A stretch of 64,000 bases of DNA, taken from contig JAFZMO010000049.1 in the NCBI GenBank assembly GCA_017551165.1, positions 8,675 to 72,674 on the forward strand, read 5' to 3'. The position numbers and the translations under genes are program-made. Numbering within the stretch: the stretch's first letter is position 1; each line of letters begins with the position of its first letter. The notes beneath the pieces were generated by a model. The model was not told the origin of the DNA and made no database searches. It was given only the letters and a program-made list of their open reading frames with translations. Source of the DNA: Lachnospiraceae bacterium (GTDB taxonomy: Bacteria > Bacillota > Clostridia > Lachnospirales > Lachnospiraceae). Below, piece after piece: positions 56,866 to 64,000 of this stretch.

Positions 56866-56894
56866 ATTGTAACATACTTCTTCGGAAAATACAA
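56866..56894 (-). promoter_or_regulatory. Extended -10 promoter for the membrane-pair/cdaA operon
   Basis: Minus strand reads TTGTAT (56894-56889), 17-nt spacer, TGtTACAAT (-10 hexamer at 56871-56866). Confidence 0.5.
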
Positions 56895-56936
56895 CAAAAA
56901 GCGGCCTTCCGCACAAGTTTTCTGCACGGAAAGCCG
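56895..56936 (-). terminator. Terminator of the second DegV gene
   Basis: Imperfect ~15-bp stem GCGGCTTTCCGTGCA/TGTGCGGAAGGCCGC (56901-56936), followed on the minus strand by TTTTTG. Confidence 0.7.
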
Positions 56937-56953
56937 CATGTTTATTCTTTTGT

Positions 56954-57805
56954 CTATTGCACGTAAAACAGGATGCCGATCGTGCCCGGTCCGCAGTGGC
57001 TCGAGATCACGCCGCCGGCGTGCGTCTCGCAGATCTCATCGAAGTAATCAAGCTCCTCGAGGAACCGGTGCGCCCTCTCGGCGAGCTCCCTGTCACAGAT
57101 CGAATGTGTGATGAACACGCGCTTTCGCTCCGCCCGTGCCAGATCCTCGCGAAGGTCGTTCATATAGCGCTCCAGCGACGAGTTCATGTTGCCGCGGTAC
57201 TTCTTCGCAACGCCCATCTTGCCGTCCTTGACTGCGATCATCGGATGGATCTTGAGCGCATTTCCCAGGAATGCCGCAACCGCGCTGCAGCGTCCGCCGC
57301 GCGCGAGGTATGTGAGCGTGTCCACGATGAAGCTTGCCCTCACGCGGTCTCTCGCAGCCTCGATCTCCGCCACGATCTCCTCCGCGGTCGCTCCGGCCTG
57401 CGCCATCTCGGCAGCCTTGAGCACCTGAAGTCCGATGCCGGTCGAGAGGTTCATCGAGTTGACGACGAACAGGCGCTTATACTCGCGATCCTCGCCGAAC
57501 ATGCGCACCACGTTGCAGGTCATGCTCATGTCCTCGGAGATCCCGAGGAAAACGATGTCCTCCCCCGCGTCCATGAGCGGCGCGAGCCGCTGCTCCAGGA
57601 TCTCAAACGTCACCGCAGCCGTTCCCGGGGTGGTCTTGTTTTTGTCCGCCCAGGCGTAGATCTCCTCGGGCGTCGTCTCCTCACCGTCGTAATAGCTCTT
57701 GCCTTCCATCACGATGCACAAAGGAAGGACGAGGATCCCGTTATTCTCAATCTGCTCCTTGGACAGGTCGCATGTGCTGTCCGCCACAATCCGTACTTTA
57801 CCCAT
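56954..57805 (-). CDS. DegV family fatty-acid-binding protein (second copy)
   Basis: 283 aa. IVADSTCDL N-terminus and typical DegV length. Confidence 0.9.
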   Translation of the reverse strand: MGKVRIVADSTCDLSKEQIENNGILVLPLCIVMEGKSYYDGEETTPEEIYAWADKNKTTPGTAAVTFEILEQRLAPLMDAGEDIVFLGISEDMSMTCNVVRMFGEDREYKRLFVVNSMNLSTGIGLQVLKAAEMAQAGATAEEIVAEIEAARDRVRASFIVDTLTYLARGGRCSAVAAFLGNALKIHPMIAVKDGKMGVAKKYRGNMNSSLERYMNDLREDLARAERKRVFITHSICDRELAERAHRFLEELDYFDEICETHAGGVISSHCGPGTIGILFYVQ

Positions 57806-57924
57806 AGCAAACCTCCGAACGTGCGCAATTTCGCGCCGGATTCGTGATCCGTATAAGAAACATTATAAAACTTCGAACGTATTATGCAACCTTGCAAATA
57901 TTATATTTTTATAAACTACTCGCT

Positions 57925-57944
57925 CGGAAAATGATCATTTTCCG
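57925..57944. repeat. 20-bp perfect palindrome CGGAAAATGATCATTTTCCG (copy 2; copy 1 inside 14096-14117)
   Basis: Identical 20-mer. As at copy 1, it abuts the T-tract of a rho-independent terminator (TTTTTTGCGGAAAATGATCATTTTCCG in minus sense) and lies about 50 nt upstream of the next gene's promoter. Confidence 0.6.
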
Positions 57945-57980
57945 CAAAAAACAGCCGCTCCGGATTGTCCGGAACGGCTG
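57945..57980 (-). terminator. Rho-independent terminator of efp
   Basis: 13-bp stem CAGCCGTTCCGGA/TCCGGAGCGGCTG (57952-57980, one G-U pair) followed by T6 on the minus strand. Confidence 0.85.
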
Positions 57981-58023
57981 GATCTTTCGTAATCTCACTT
58001 GTCGCCGGCAGGCGGAAACGCGA

Positions 58024-58581
58024 TCAAACGCGCTTCATGTACTCACCGGTACGGGTATCGATCTGGATAACCTCACCCTCGTTGACGAAGAGCGGAACCA
58101 GAACGGTTGCGCCGGTCTCAACAATCGCGGGCTTCGTAGCGCCGGTAGCGGTATCACCCTTGAAGCCGGGCTCCGTCGAGGTGATCTGAAGCTCAACGAA
58201 CATCGGGGGCTCGATCGCGAACACCTGACCCTGATGCGAGAGCATCTTCACCATATCGTTCTCCTTGACGAACTTGAGAGCGTCACCGACCTGGTCAGCC
58301 GTCATGGCGATCTGGTCGAACGTCTCCGTGTTCATGAAGTTATACATATCACCGTCTGCATACAGGTACTGCATGTCGAGTCTCTCGATGTGAGCCTGAG
58401 GGAACTTCTCGGTCGGACGGAAGGTTCTTTCAACAACACCGCCGTTCTTGATATCCTTGAGCTTGGTGCGCACGAATGCGGCGCCCTTGCCGGGCTTTAC
58501 ATGCTGGAACTCTACTACCTGATACACAGCGTTCTCAATCTCGAGCGTTACGCCGTTTCTAAATTCTCCTGCTGATAACAT
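58024..58581 (-). CDS. efp: Elongation factor P
   Basis: [42 protein letters not shown]. Track start 58611 was trimmed to ATG 58581, which follows an AGGAGGAA RBS. Confidence 0.96.
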   Translation of the reverse strand: MLSAGEFRNGVTLEIENAVYQVVEFQHVKPGKGAAFVRTKLKDIKNGGVVERTFRPTEKFPQAHIERLDMQYLYADGDMYNFMNTETFDQIAMTADQVGDALKFVKENDMVKMLSHQGQVFAIEPPMFVELQITSTEPGFKGDTATGATKPAIVETGATVLVPLFVNEGEVIQIDTRTGEYMKRV

Positions 58582-58670
58582 ATAGGGTATTCCTCCTAAC
58601 AAAGACTTCAATTAAGTTTATCCCATTTGCCGTATATTTGCAACATTTTTTTCGAAAACGGCGAAAAATC

Positions 58671-59741
58671 TCAGTCGATCTCGATCAGATCCTTCCTCGA
58701 CGATGCAAGGTTTTCGCAGCCGTCCTCGGTCACGAGCACAAGGTCCTCGATCCGGACGCCGCCGAAGCCTTCGACGTAGATTCCGGGCTCCACGGTCATC
58801 ATGCTGCCCGCGCGCACGACCTCTTCGCTCCTTGCGTTCGCGTACGGCGGCTCGTGGATCTCAAGTCCCACACTGTGCCCGAGTCCGTGCCCGAAGCATC
58901 CCTCGTAGCCGGCCTCGTTGATGATCGTGCGGGCAATGCCGTCGATCTCCTTGCCGGTCATGCCGGCGTGGATCTTGTCAAGCACCGCCTGCTGTGCGCG
59001 CTGTACGGTCTCATAGATCTTCCGCTGCCCCGCGTCGGCCTTGCCGAGCACGACCGTGCGCGTCATATCCGAGCAGTATCCGTCGTACACGCAGCCGAAG
59101 TCCATCGTGATGAAGTCGCCCTTCTGAATGCGGCGCTCCCCCGGGATCGCATGCGGCATCGAAGAGTTCACGCCCGATGCGACGATCGGTGAGAACGAGT
59201 TGCCCGTGGCTCCCTCCATGCACATGTAGTACGTGAGTTTCGCAGCGATCTCCAGCTCCGTCACCCCGGGCTTTAAGTCGCCTAAGATCTTGGAAAATGC
59301 GATGTCGCCGATGCTCTCCGCGCGGCGCAGCTTCGCAAGCTCGTCGGCGGTCTTTATTTTCCGAAGCTCGATGAGGATGTTGTCGACCGGGACAAGCTCG
59401 GGCTCGATGTGCTTCGCCATCGCCTCGTAGTCCTTGTACTGTGTCGCCTCGCGCTCAAACGCCACGCGCGACGCACCGTGCTCCGTGAGCACCTTCGCGA
59501 TCAGCTCCTCGTAGGTGGTGCCTGCGACATCGAGGACGTCGCAGTCCTTCGCCTGCGCCTTCGCCTGGAAGAGGAACCGGAAATCCGTGATCAGCGAGGC
59601 TCCTCCGTCCTTCGTGAGCACCAAAACTCCCGTGTCGTTCGTGTATCCCGTGAGATACCGGATGTTCGCGATATCCCGCACGATCATTGCGTCCACCGAC
59701 TGCTGCTCTAAGATCGGCAACGCACGCTCCCATGTTTTCAT
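58671..59741 (-). CDS. pepP: Xaa-Pro aminopeptidase (M24B)
   Basis: 356 aa with the M24 metal ligand context DFGCVYDGYCSDMTRT, HGLGHSVGLEIHE and EPGIY. Confidence 0.9.
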   Translation of the reverse strand: MKTWERALPILEQQSVDAMIVRDIANIRYLTGYTNDTGVLVLTKDGGASLITDFRFLFQAKAQAKDCDVLDVAGTTYEELIAKVLTEHGASRVAFEREATQYKDYEAMAKHIEPELVPVDNILIELRKIKTADELAKLRRAESIGDIAFSKILGDLKPGVTELEIAAKLTYYMCMEGATGNSFSPIVASGVNSSMPHAIPGERRIQKGDFITMDFGCVYDGYCSDMTRTVVLGKADAGQRKIYETVQRAQQAVLDKIHAGMTGKEIDGIARTIINEAGYEGCFGHGLGHSVGLEIHEPPYANARSEEVVRAGSMMTVEPGIYVEGFGGVRIEDLVLVTEDGCENLASSRKDLIEID

Positions 59742-60211
59742 CTGTGTGCTTCCTCTCTTGCGCGCTGTTCCAGAATGTGGATGATCAGATCCATCGCGTC
59801 CGCATAGCCCTCAAGGCCGCGGCCGTACACCTGGCGGTCGCACGCCTGCGCCGTCACGGAGTTGCTGCGGAACGACTCGCGCTTGTATATGTTGCTCAAA
59901 TGTACTTCGATCTTGGGCACCGACAGCATCAGAAGCGCGTCGTAGATCGCGTAGCTGTAGTGCGTGTAAGCGGCCGGGTTGATGATGATGCCGCAGTATT
60001 TGCCGTCCATGGCGCGATTTAAGCGCGTCACGATCTCCCCCTCCGAGTTGCTCTGGAAGATCTCGGTGAGGTAGCCGCGCTTCTGGGCCTCCGAGCGGCA
60101 AAATGTCTGCAGGTCATCGTAGGTCTCGCGACCGTAGATCTCAGGCTCCCGCTTGCCGAGCATGGCAAGGTTCGGTCCGTTGATGATCAGCAATGTCTTG
60201 ACTGGTGCCAT
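59738..60211 (-). CDS. aroQ: Type II 3-dehydroquinate dehydratase
   Basis: 157 aa. INGPNLAMLGKREPEIYG, IIINPAAYTHYS and HLSNIYKRE. Confidence 0.93.
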   Translation of the reverse strand: MAPVKTLLIINGPNLAMLGKREPEIYGRETYDDLQTFCRSEAQKRGYLTEIFQSNSEGEIVTRLNRAMDGKYCGIIINPAAYTHYSYAIYDALLMLSVPKIEVHLSNIYKRESFRSNSVTAQACDRQVYGRGLEGYADAMDLIIHILEQRAREEAHR

Positions 60212-60223
60212 AATTCTCCTCCT

Positions 60224-61255
60224 TTACAGTGAATCGCGGATCGCATCGGCGATCTGGTCCGGGGTGCGGTCGTCGATATCGACGGTGCGGTGCGCTACCA
60301 TCGGGTACGCAAAACGCCAGCGCAGGAACAGCTGCTTGCGGTCCTCGTCGGTCACCTCCGACTGGAGCACCGGTCGCTCCTCCGGGCTGAGCTCCGCGAT
60401 TCGAGGTGCGAGTGTCTCCTCGCTTCCGTTTAAGTACACAACAGTACCGAGCTTTCGTAGCATCTTCTGGTTCTTGGTGCGGATCGGCATTCCGTCACCG
60501 GTCGCGATGACCGTGTGCGTCGCGGACTTGAGAAGACCCCGAAGAGCCATCGTCTCGAGGTCTCGGAAATACTCCTCTCCCTTCGTCCGATAGATCTCCG
60601 AGACACTCATGCCGACCTTCTCCTCGATATAGCGGTCGGTGTCTATGAAATCAAATCCCATCTCCTTCGCCAGGATCTCCCCGGCGCTCGTCTTGCCAGA
60701 GCCCATGAAGCCGATCAGGACGACGTTGAGCTGATGCATCTTCTCCCAGCGGTCACGCCGGTAGAAATGCATCACGACGCGCTCGAGTTTTCGCTTTGCG
60801 ACGATCTGAACCTCCTCCGCCTTGTTGATCGGTTTCACAAGGATGGAGCGGATACCGGAACGGTTTGCGCCGTACACGTCGGTGAACAGCTGGTCACCGA
60901 TGAACAGCGTGTTCTTCTTCGTCGTGCGCATCAACACCATCGCCTTTAAGTAGTTGCGGCGGCGCGGCTTGTGCGCGTTGAAGATATAGTGCAACTTCAC
61001 GCCCTTGACGCGGGCGCCCCGGTAGAACCGGCGCACGCGCGGTGCCTTGTTGTTCGACAGAAGGCAGATGCGGAAGCCGATCTTATTCAGACGCCGAAAC
61101 AGCTCGACGACCTCCGCGTTCGCGTCGGCGCCGTGCTCCACAAGCGTGTTGTCAATGTCGTAGATCAGGCCCCGGTACCCCTTGCGATACAACTCTTCGT
61201 AGTTGATATCATACGAGGACTCGGCCATCTCCGCGGGATAAAACATTCGAAACAT
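60224..61255 (-). CDS. aroK: Fusion protein: YqeG-type HAD-IIIA phosphatase (N-terminal) plus shikimate kinase (C-terminal)
   Basis: 343 aa. The N-terminal half has LIYDIDNTLV (DxDxT), LLSNN and GDQLFTDV. The C-terminal half has the Walker A GFMGSGKTS plus FIDTD and FRDLE, typical of AroK. Confidence 0.85.
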   Translation of the reverse strand: MFRMFYPAEMAESSYDINYEELYRKGYRGLIYDIDNTLVEHGADANAEVVELFRRLNKIGFRICLLSNNKAPRVRRFYRGARVKGVKLHYIFNAHKPRRRNYLKAMVLMRTTKKNTLFIGDQLFTDVYGANRSGIRSILVKPINKAEEVQIVAKRKLERVVMHFYRRDRWEKMHQLNVVLIGFMGSGKTSAGEILAKEMGFDFIDTDRYIEEKVGMSVSEIYRTKGEEYFRDLETMALRGLLKSATHTVIATGDGMPIRTKNQKMLRKLGTVVYLNGSEETLAPRIAELSPEERPVLQSEVTDEDRKQLFLRWRFAYPMVAHRTVDIDDRTPDQIADAIRDSL

Positions 61256-61286
61256 ACGTTACTCCTTACGGGGTTTATCGCCTCAC

Positions 61287-61315
61287 AGTGTAACAATCTT
61301 TGTCTGTGTTGTCAA
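61287..61315 (-). promoter_or_regulatory. Sigma-A-type promoter for the yqeG-aroK/aroQ/pepP/efp string
   Basis: Minus strand reads TTGACA (61315-61310), 17-nt spacer, TACACT (61292-61287). Confidence 0.6.
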
Positions 61316-61340
61316 TCGGATCACTGCCGTAAACAGCAGG

Positions 61341-62393
61341 TCACTTGTCGTCGCGATCCGGCAGAAGACCGATCTGAAGCTCCCGGTCGATCTGGAGCAG
61401 CTCGTGCTCCACGCTCTCCCGCTTGATCCGGTTCTCGTTCTGGATGCGCATCACCTCGTCGAGGCTCTCGATCAGCGCGCGGTTGGTCTCCGCGAGCGTC
61501 TCCGGGCGGATGCTCTGCTCACCGTACGCTTTCTGCGTCTCCGCCGTCACACTCTTTAAGTTCTTCGCATTTTGCACGAGGAGCTTGTTGGTCATATCGT
61601 TGATGGTGCGGTCCGTCTGCAGCGCCTGCCTTGCGTGTTCCGCGCCGAGCGCAAGCACGATCTGGCTCTTCCACAGCGGGATCGTCGTGTACAGCGTCGT
61701 CTGCAGCTTGTCCGCGATCACCGCAAAATTGGCCTGCAGCATGCGGATCTGCGCCGCCTGCTGACGGGATACCACGCGCGTTGTCGCAAGCTCCGTAGCC
61801 CGTTTCTCAAGCCGCTCGATGATCGTGTTCCGCCAGGAGTCATCGACCGCGGTGTCGTCCGCCATGATCGCCTGATCCCTCAGTTCCTCCGCCTTCAGCT
61901 TCGCAGCCGCGATCTTGATCGCCGCCTCCTGATAGTACTCCTCGTTCAGATCAAACAGCTGATTGAGAAGAGCACAGTCCCGGAGAAGCCGGACCTGATG
62001 ATCCTCCAAGACGGCCGCGACGCGGTCCACGTTGCGGGACGCCTCATCGTACTGCTTGCGCGCCGTCACGGAACGGTTCTTCTTCCGCCAGAACAGAATG
62101 CCGGAGCTTCCGTTGTCCGGGTTTTCATTGATGTCCGTAAGCGTCTCGATCGTCCTCTTCATCAGCTCATCGACGTCGTTGATCGCCGAGGAATTCAGGT
62201 TGTTGAGAACCATCTGCGACAGGTCCGCCATGTGCTTCTGCGTGTCGCTCCCGAAGCGCGTGATGCTTGCGATGTCGTTCACATCCAGCGCTGCCATCGT
62301 TTCCTCGATCTGCGGCAAATGGCTCTCCGTCACGTCGGAGAGCTCGTTGTCCACCAAAACGCGCAAATACTTGATCTGTGTCTTATCGTCCAT
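61341..62393 (-). CDS. TelA/YaaN-family (toxic anion resistance-like) protein
   Basis: 350 aa, all-helical and coiled-coil-like. N-terminal ITRFGSDTQKHMADLS and the overall pattern match the TelA family as I recall it. Confidence 0.8.
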   Translation of the reverse strand: MDDKTQIKYLRVLVDNELSDVTESHLPQIEETMAALDVNDIASITRFGSDTQKHMADLSQMVLNNLNSSAINDVDELMKRTIETLTDINENPDNGSSGILFWRKKNRSVTARKQYDEASRNVDRVAAVLEDHQVRLLRDCALLNQLFDLNEEYYQEAAIKIAAAKLKAEELRDQAIMADDTAVDDSWRNTIIERLEKRATELATTRVVSRQQAAQIRMLQANFAVIADKLQTTLYTTIPLWKSQIVLALGAEHARQALQTDRTINDMTNKLLVQNAKNLKSVTAETQKAYGEQSIRPETLAETNRALIESLDEVMRIQNENRIKRESVEHELLQIDRELQIGLLPDRDDK

Positions 62394-62395
62394 TC

Positions 62396-63364
62396 CTACT
62401 CCTCTGCCGTCTCATAGTTCGGTACCGCGATCATCCCGTCCAGTTTCAGGCTCCGCAGGAAACTGTCGGCGTCGCGGAAAATGTTGTCCCCCTGTATCCC
62501 GAGGCTCTGCGGTGTTCCGAGAAACAATCGCTGCTTCTCCGTGCGCCCGCCCGGGCTCTCCCCCGCGATATCCTTCGCCACGGGGATCTTCCAATGCCGG
62601 TTGAGAAACAACAGCTCCTGCAGCTCCTCACCGGACACCTTTCTTCCGGCCATCTCCGGGTCCACCTGCGGACGTGACTCCGCAAACTGCGAAAGCGTCC
62701 TCCGAAGCAGCGGATACCCGCACAGCGGATAGTACAGCCTTCCCGGGTTCAGCTTCTCCCCGGGTTTCTTGAGCGTGACACCGCACAGGTAGATCGCCTT
62801 GCTCTCCACGGCGGCCTCAAACGCCCGAAAATCCACGATGTAATCGTTGCTCTCCAGAATGCGGATCAGGTTGAGCGCCAGGATCCCGCGGTTGCGGACC
62901 TGCGCCTCCTTCGTATTCTCGGAGTAGGTCAGGTTCAGGAACACCTGAACGACCTTCTTCTCCTTCGGTCGCGCCATCCGGTACATGTTCTTCGGCGCTC
63001 CCGCCACGTACGCCGGCACGTTCGGCCGGCTGCCGACAACCGAGGGCTCCGCGACATTGGCGTGAATGCCTCTTCGGTTGATCATCTCCAGACACTCGGC
63101 GAGCTGCATAAACCTCCCGAAGCCATCGTCGGGATCCCCGGATCTCGTTTGCGTTGTCCCGGGCTTTGCACTCTCCGCGGAAGCAAAATCCGCCCGCTCG
63201 CCGCCCGATCCCGCCATGACCTCCTTGACCGTGGGAAGCTCCTCGTCCGAATACTCACACAGCTCCCGCAGGGAAGGAAAACTCAGGTGAAAGACCTGAA
63301 GAGGTCCGAACAGTCCGACCCGAAGATTCCTGCGCTGCAGCTCCGTCAGTGTGTTACCCCCCAT
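62396..63364 (-). CDS. Hypothetical protein, possibly a vWA/CobT-like fold with a degenerate MIDAS
   Basis: 322 aa with a GAGGGG RBS, 2 nt upstream of the TelA start. The core KKVVQVFLNLTYSEN..GILALNLIRILESNDYIVDFRAFE has a beta-alpha-beta pattern like the vWA N-terminus, but NLTYS replaces DxSxS. I recognise no family. Confidence 0.55.
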   Translation of the reverse strand: MGGNTLTELQRRNLRVGLFGPLQVFHLSFPSLRELCEYSDEELPTVKEVMAGSGGERADFASAESAKPGTTQTRSGDPDDGFGRFMQLAECLEMINRRGIHANVAEPSVVGSRPNVPAYVAGAPKNMYRMARPKEKKVVQVFLNLTYSENTKEAQVRNRGILALNLIRILESNDYIVDFRAFEAAVESKAIYLCGVTLKKPGEKLNPGRLYYPLCGYPLLRRTLSQFAESRPQVDPEMAGRKVSGEELQELLFLNRHWKIPVAKDIAGESPGGRTEKQRLFLGTPQSLGIQGDNIFRDADSFLRSLKLDGMIAVPNYETAEE

Positions 63365-63378
63365 ATGCTAACCCCTCA

Positions 63379-64000
63379 TCAAACGGTACGTACCGTGTCC
63401 TTGCCCGAAATAATCTCCACGGCGCGCTCGTGGAAGATCCTGTAGATCTCCGCGCACGGCTTCTTCATGCCGGTCATACGGTCGCGCAGCTGTCTGTCCA
63501 GAAACTCGAGGTATTCCTCGTCCTTCGTCTGGATGAACTCGTACTCGACGATCTTCTTCGGTGAGAAGCTGCCGTTGTCCAGGTACTGGCAGATCTTGGT
63601 CGCATCGCGCGTCGTGATGATGCCGGAGGCCCCGGCGTGCGTGTATTTTGCCCAGGCGTCCGTCGCCGCGCGGAAGGCCACCAGAAATTGGAACCACTCC
63701 GGATGGTCGGCCATGATCGCCTCCTCCATGCGATTGTCGTAACCGACGTAGATCGGCATGAACCGCTGCTGTACCGACTCCTCGATCTTCTCGCGGGAGT
63801 TGTAGTTCGCATCCGCGCCGTTGCCGATCGTATTGCCGGCCGCCACGATCCGGAAGTTCGGATGGCGCGGCACGTTCTCCCCGTTCGGGAAGCTGTAGCT
63901 GACATTTTCCGTGTTCGAGAGAAATGAGTTCAGCTTGACCGTGGCGCGGCTGTTGCCGTTGTCCAGCTCATCGCAAAATGCGATCTTGCCGTACTTGTAG
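63379..64000 (-). CDS. CobS/MoxR-type (AAA_5) AAA+ ATPase, C-terminal 207 aa; ORF runs off the right edge
   Basis: My own translation extends the track ORF (whose 'M' at 63873 is an internal GTG) to the window edge: ..YKYGKIAFCDELDNGNSRATVKLNSFLSNTENVSYSFPNGENVPRHPNFRIVAAGNTIGNGADANYNSREKIEESVQQRF. It shows a Walker B (FCDELD) and sensor-1 (AAGNT), and parallels CobS. Confidence 0.8.
   Translation of the reverse strand, partial: YKYGKIAFCDELDNGNSRATVKLNSFLSNTENVSYSFPNGENVPRHPNFRIVAAGNTIGNGADANYNSREKIEESVQQRFMPIYVGYDNRMEEAIMADHPEWFQFLVAFRAATDAWAKYTHAGASGIITTRDATKICQYLDNGSFSPKKIVEYEFIQTKDEEYLEFLDRQLRDRMTGMKKPCAEIYRIFHERAVEIISGKDTVRTV

Overview
64-kb chromosomal segment that looks like a high-GC Firmicutes/Clostridia genome. 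Supporting signs are GGAGG-type RBSs, sigma-A-like promoters and intrinsic terminators, plus cdaA-cdaR, two DegV genes, an LtaS-like gene and an SH3b wall hydrolase. I call about 60 protein-coding genes, almost all on the minus strand; only typA, comEB, a fused MacB-like ABC transporter and htrA are on plus. Content is mainly housekeeping: topB (partial), glyA, thrC, ald, nagB-glmM-nahK-like, purE/M/N/D, dapA/dapB, typA, guaB, glnS, leuA, glf, ptsH, cdaA-cdaR, efp-pepP-aroQ-aroK and a ClpX paralog. Envelope functions include an SH3b-glucosaminidase, an amidase, an LtaS-like protein, an aquaporin, VanZ and a GldG/DUF4340 ABC exporter. I saw no rRNA, tRNA, CRISPR array, transposase, integrase or prophage genes. 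Many long ORFs in the six-frame track are antisense artefacts of GC-rich coding DNA, and about 20 track ORFs carry spurious N-terminal extensions that I trimmed to the RBS-supported start. The most interesting items are listed here. (1) A tightly coupled CobS/MoxR-type AAA+ ATPase, degenerate vWA-like protein and TelA trio cut by the right edge. (2) A structured aquaporin leader with a duplicated SD and one anti-SD, which looks riboswitch-like. (3) An orphan promoter-to-terminator unit with no ORF, a candidate sRNA. (4) Two short intergenic elements each present twice: a 20-nt perfect palindrome and a 27-nt imperfect palindrome. (5) A cdaA-cdaR operon where ptsH occupies the usual glmM position and two unknown membrane proteins sit upstream. 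All family assignments rest on my recognition of translated motifs; no database search was run.
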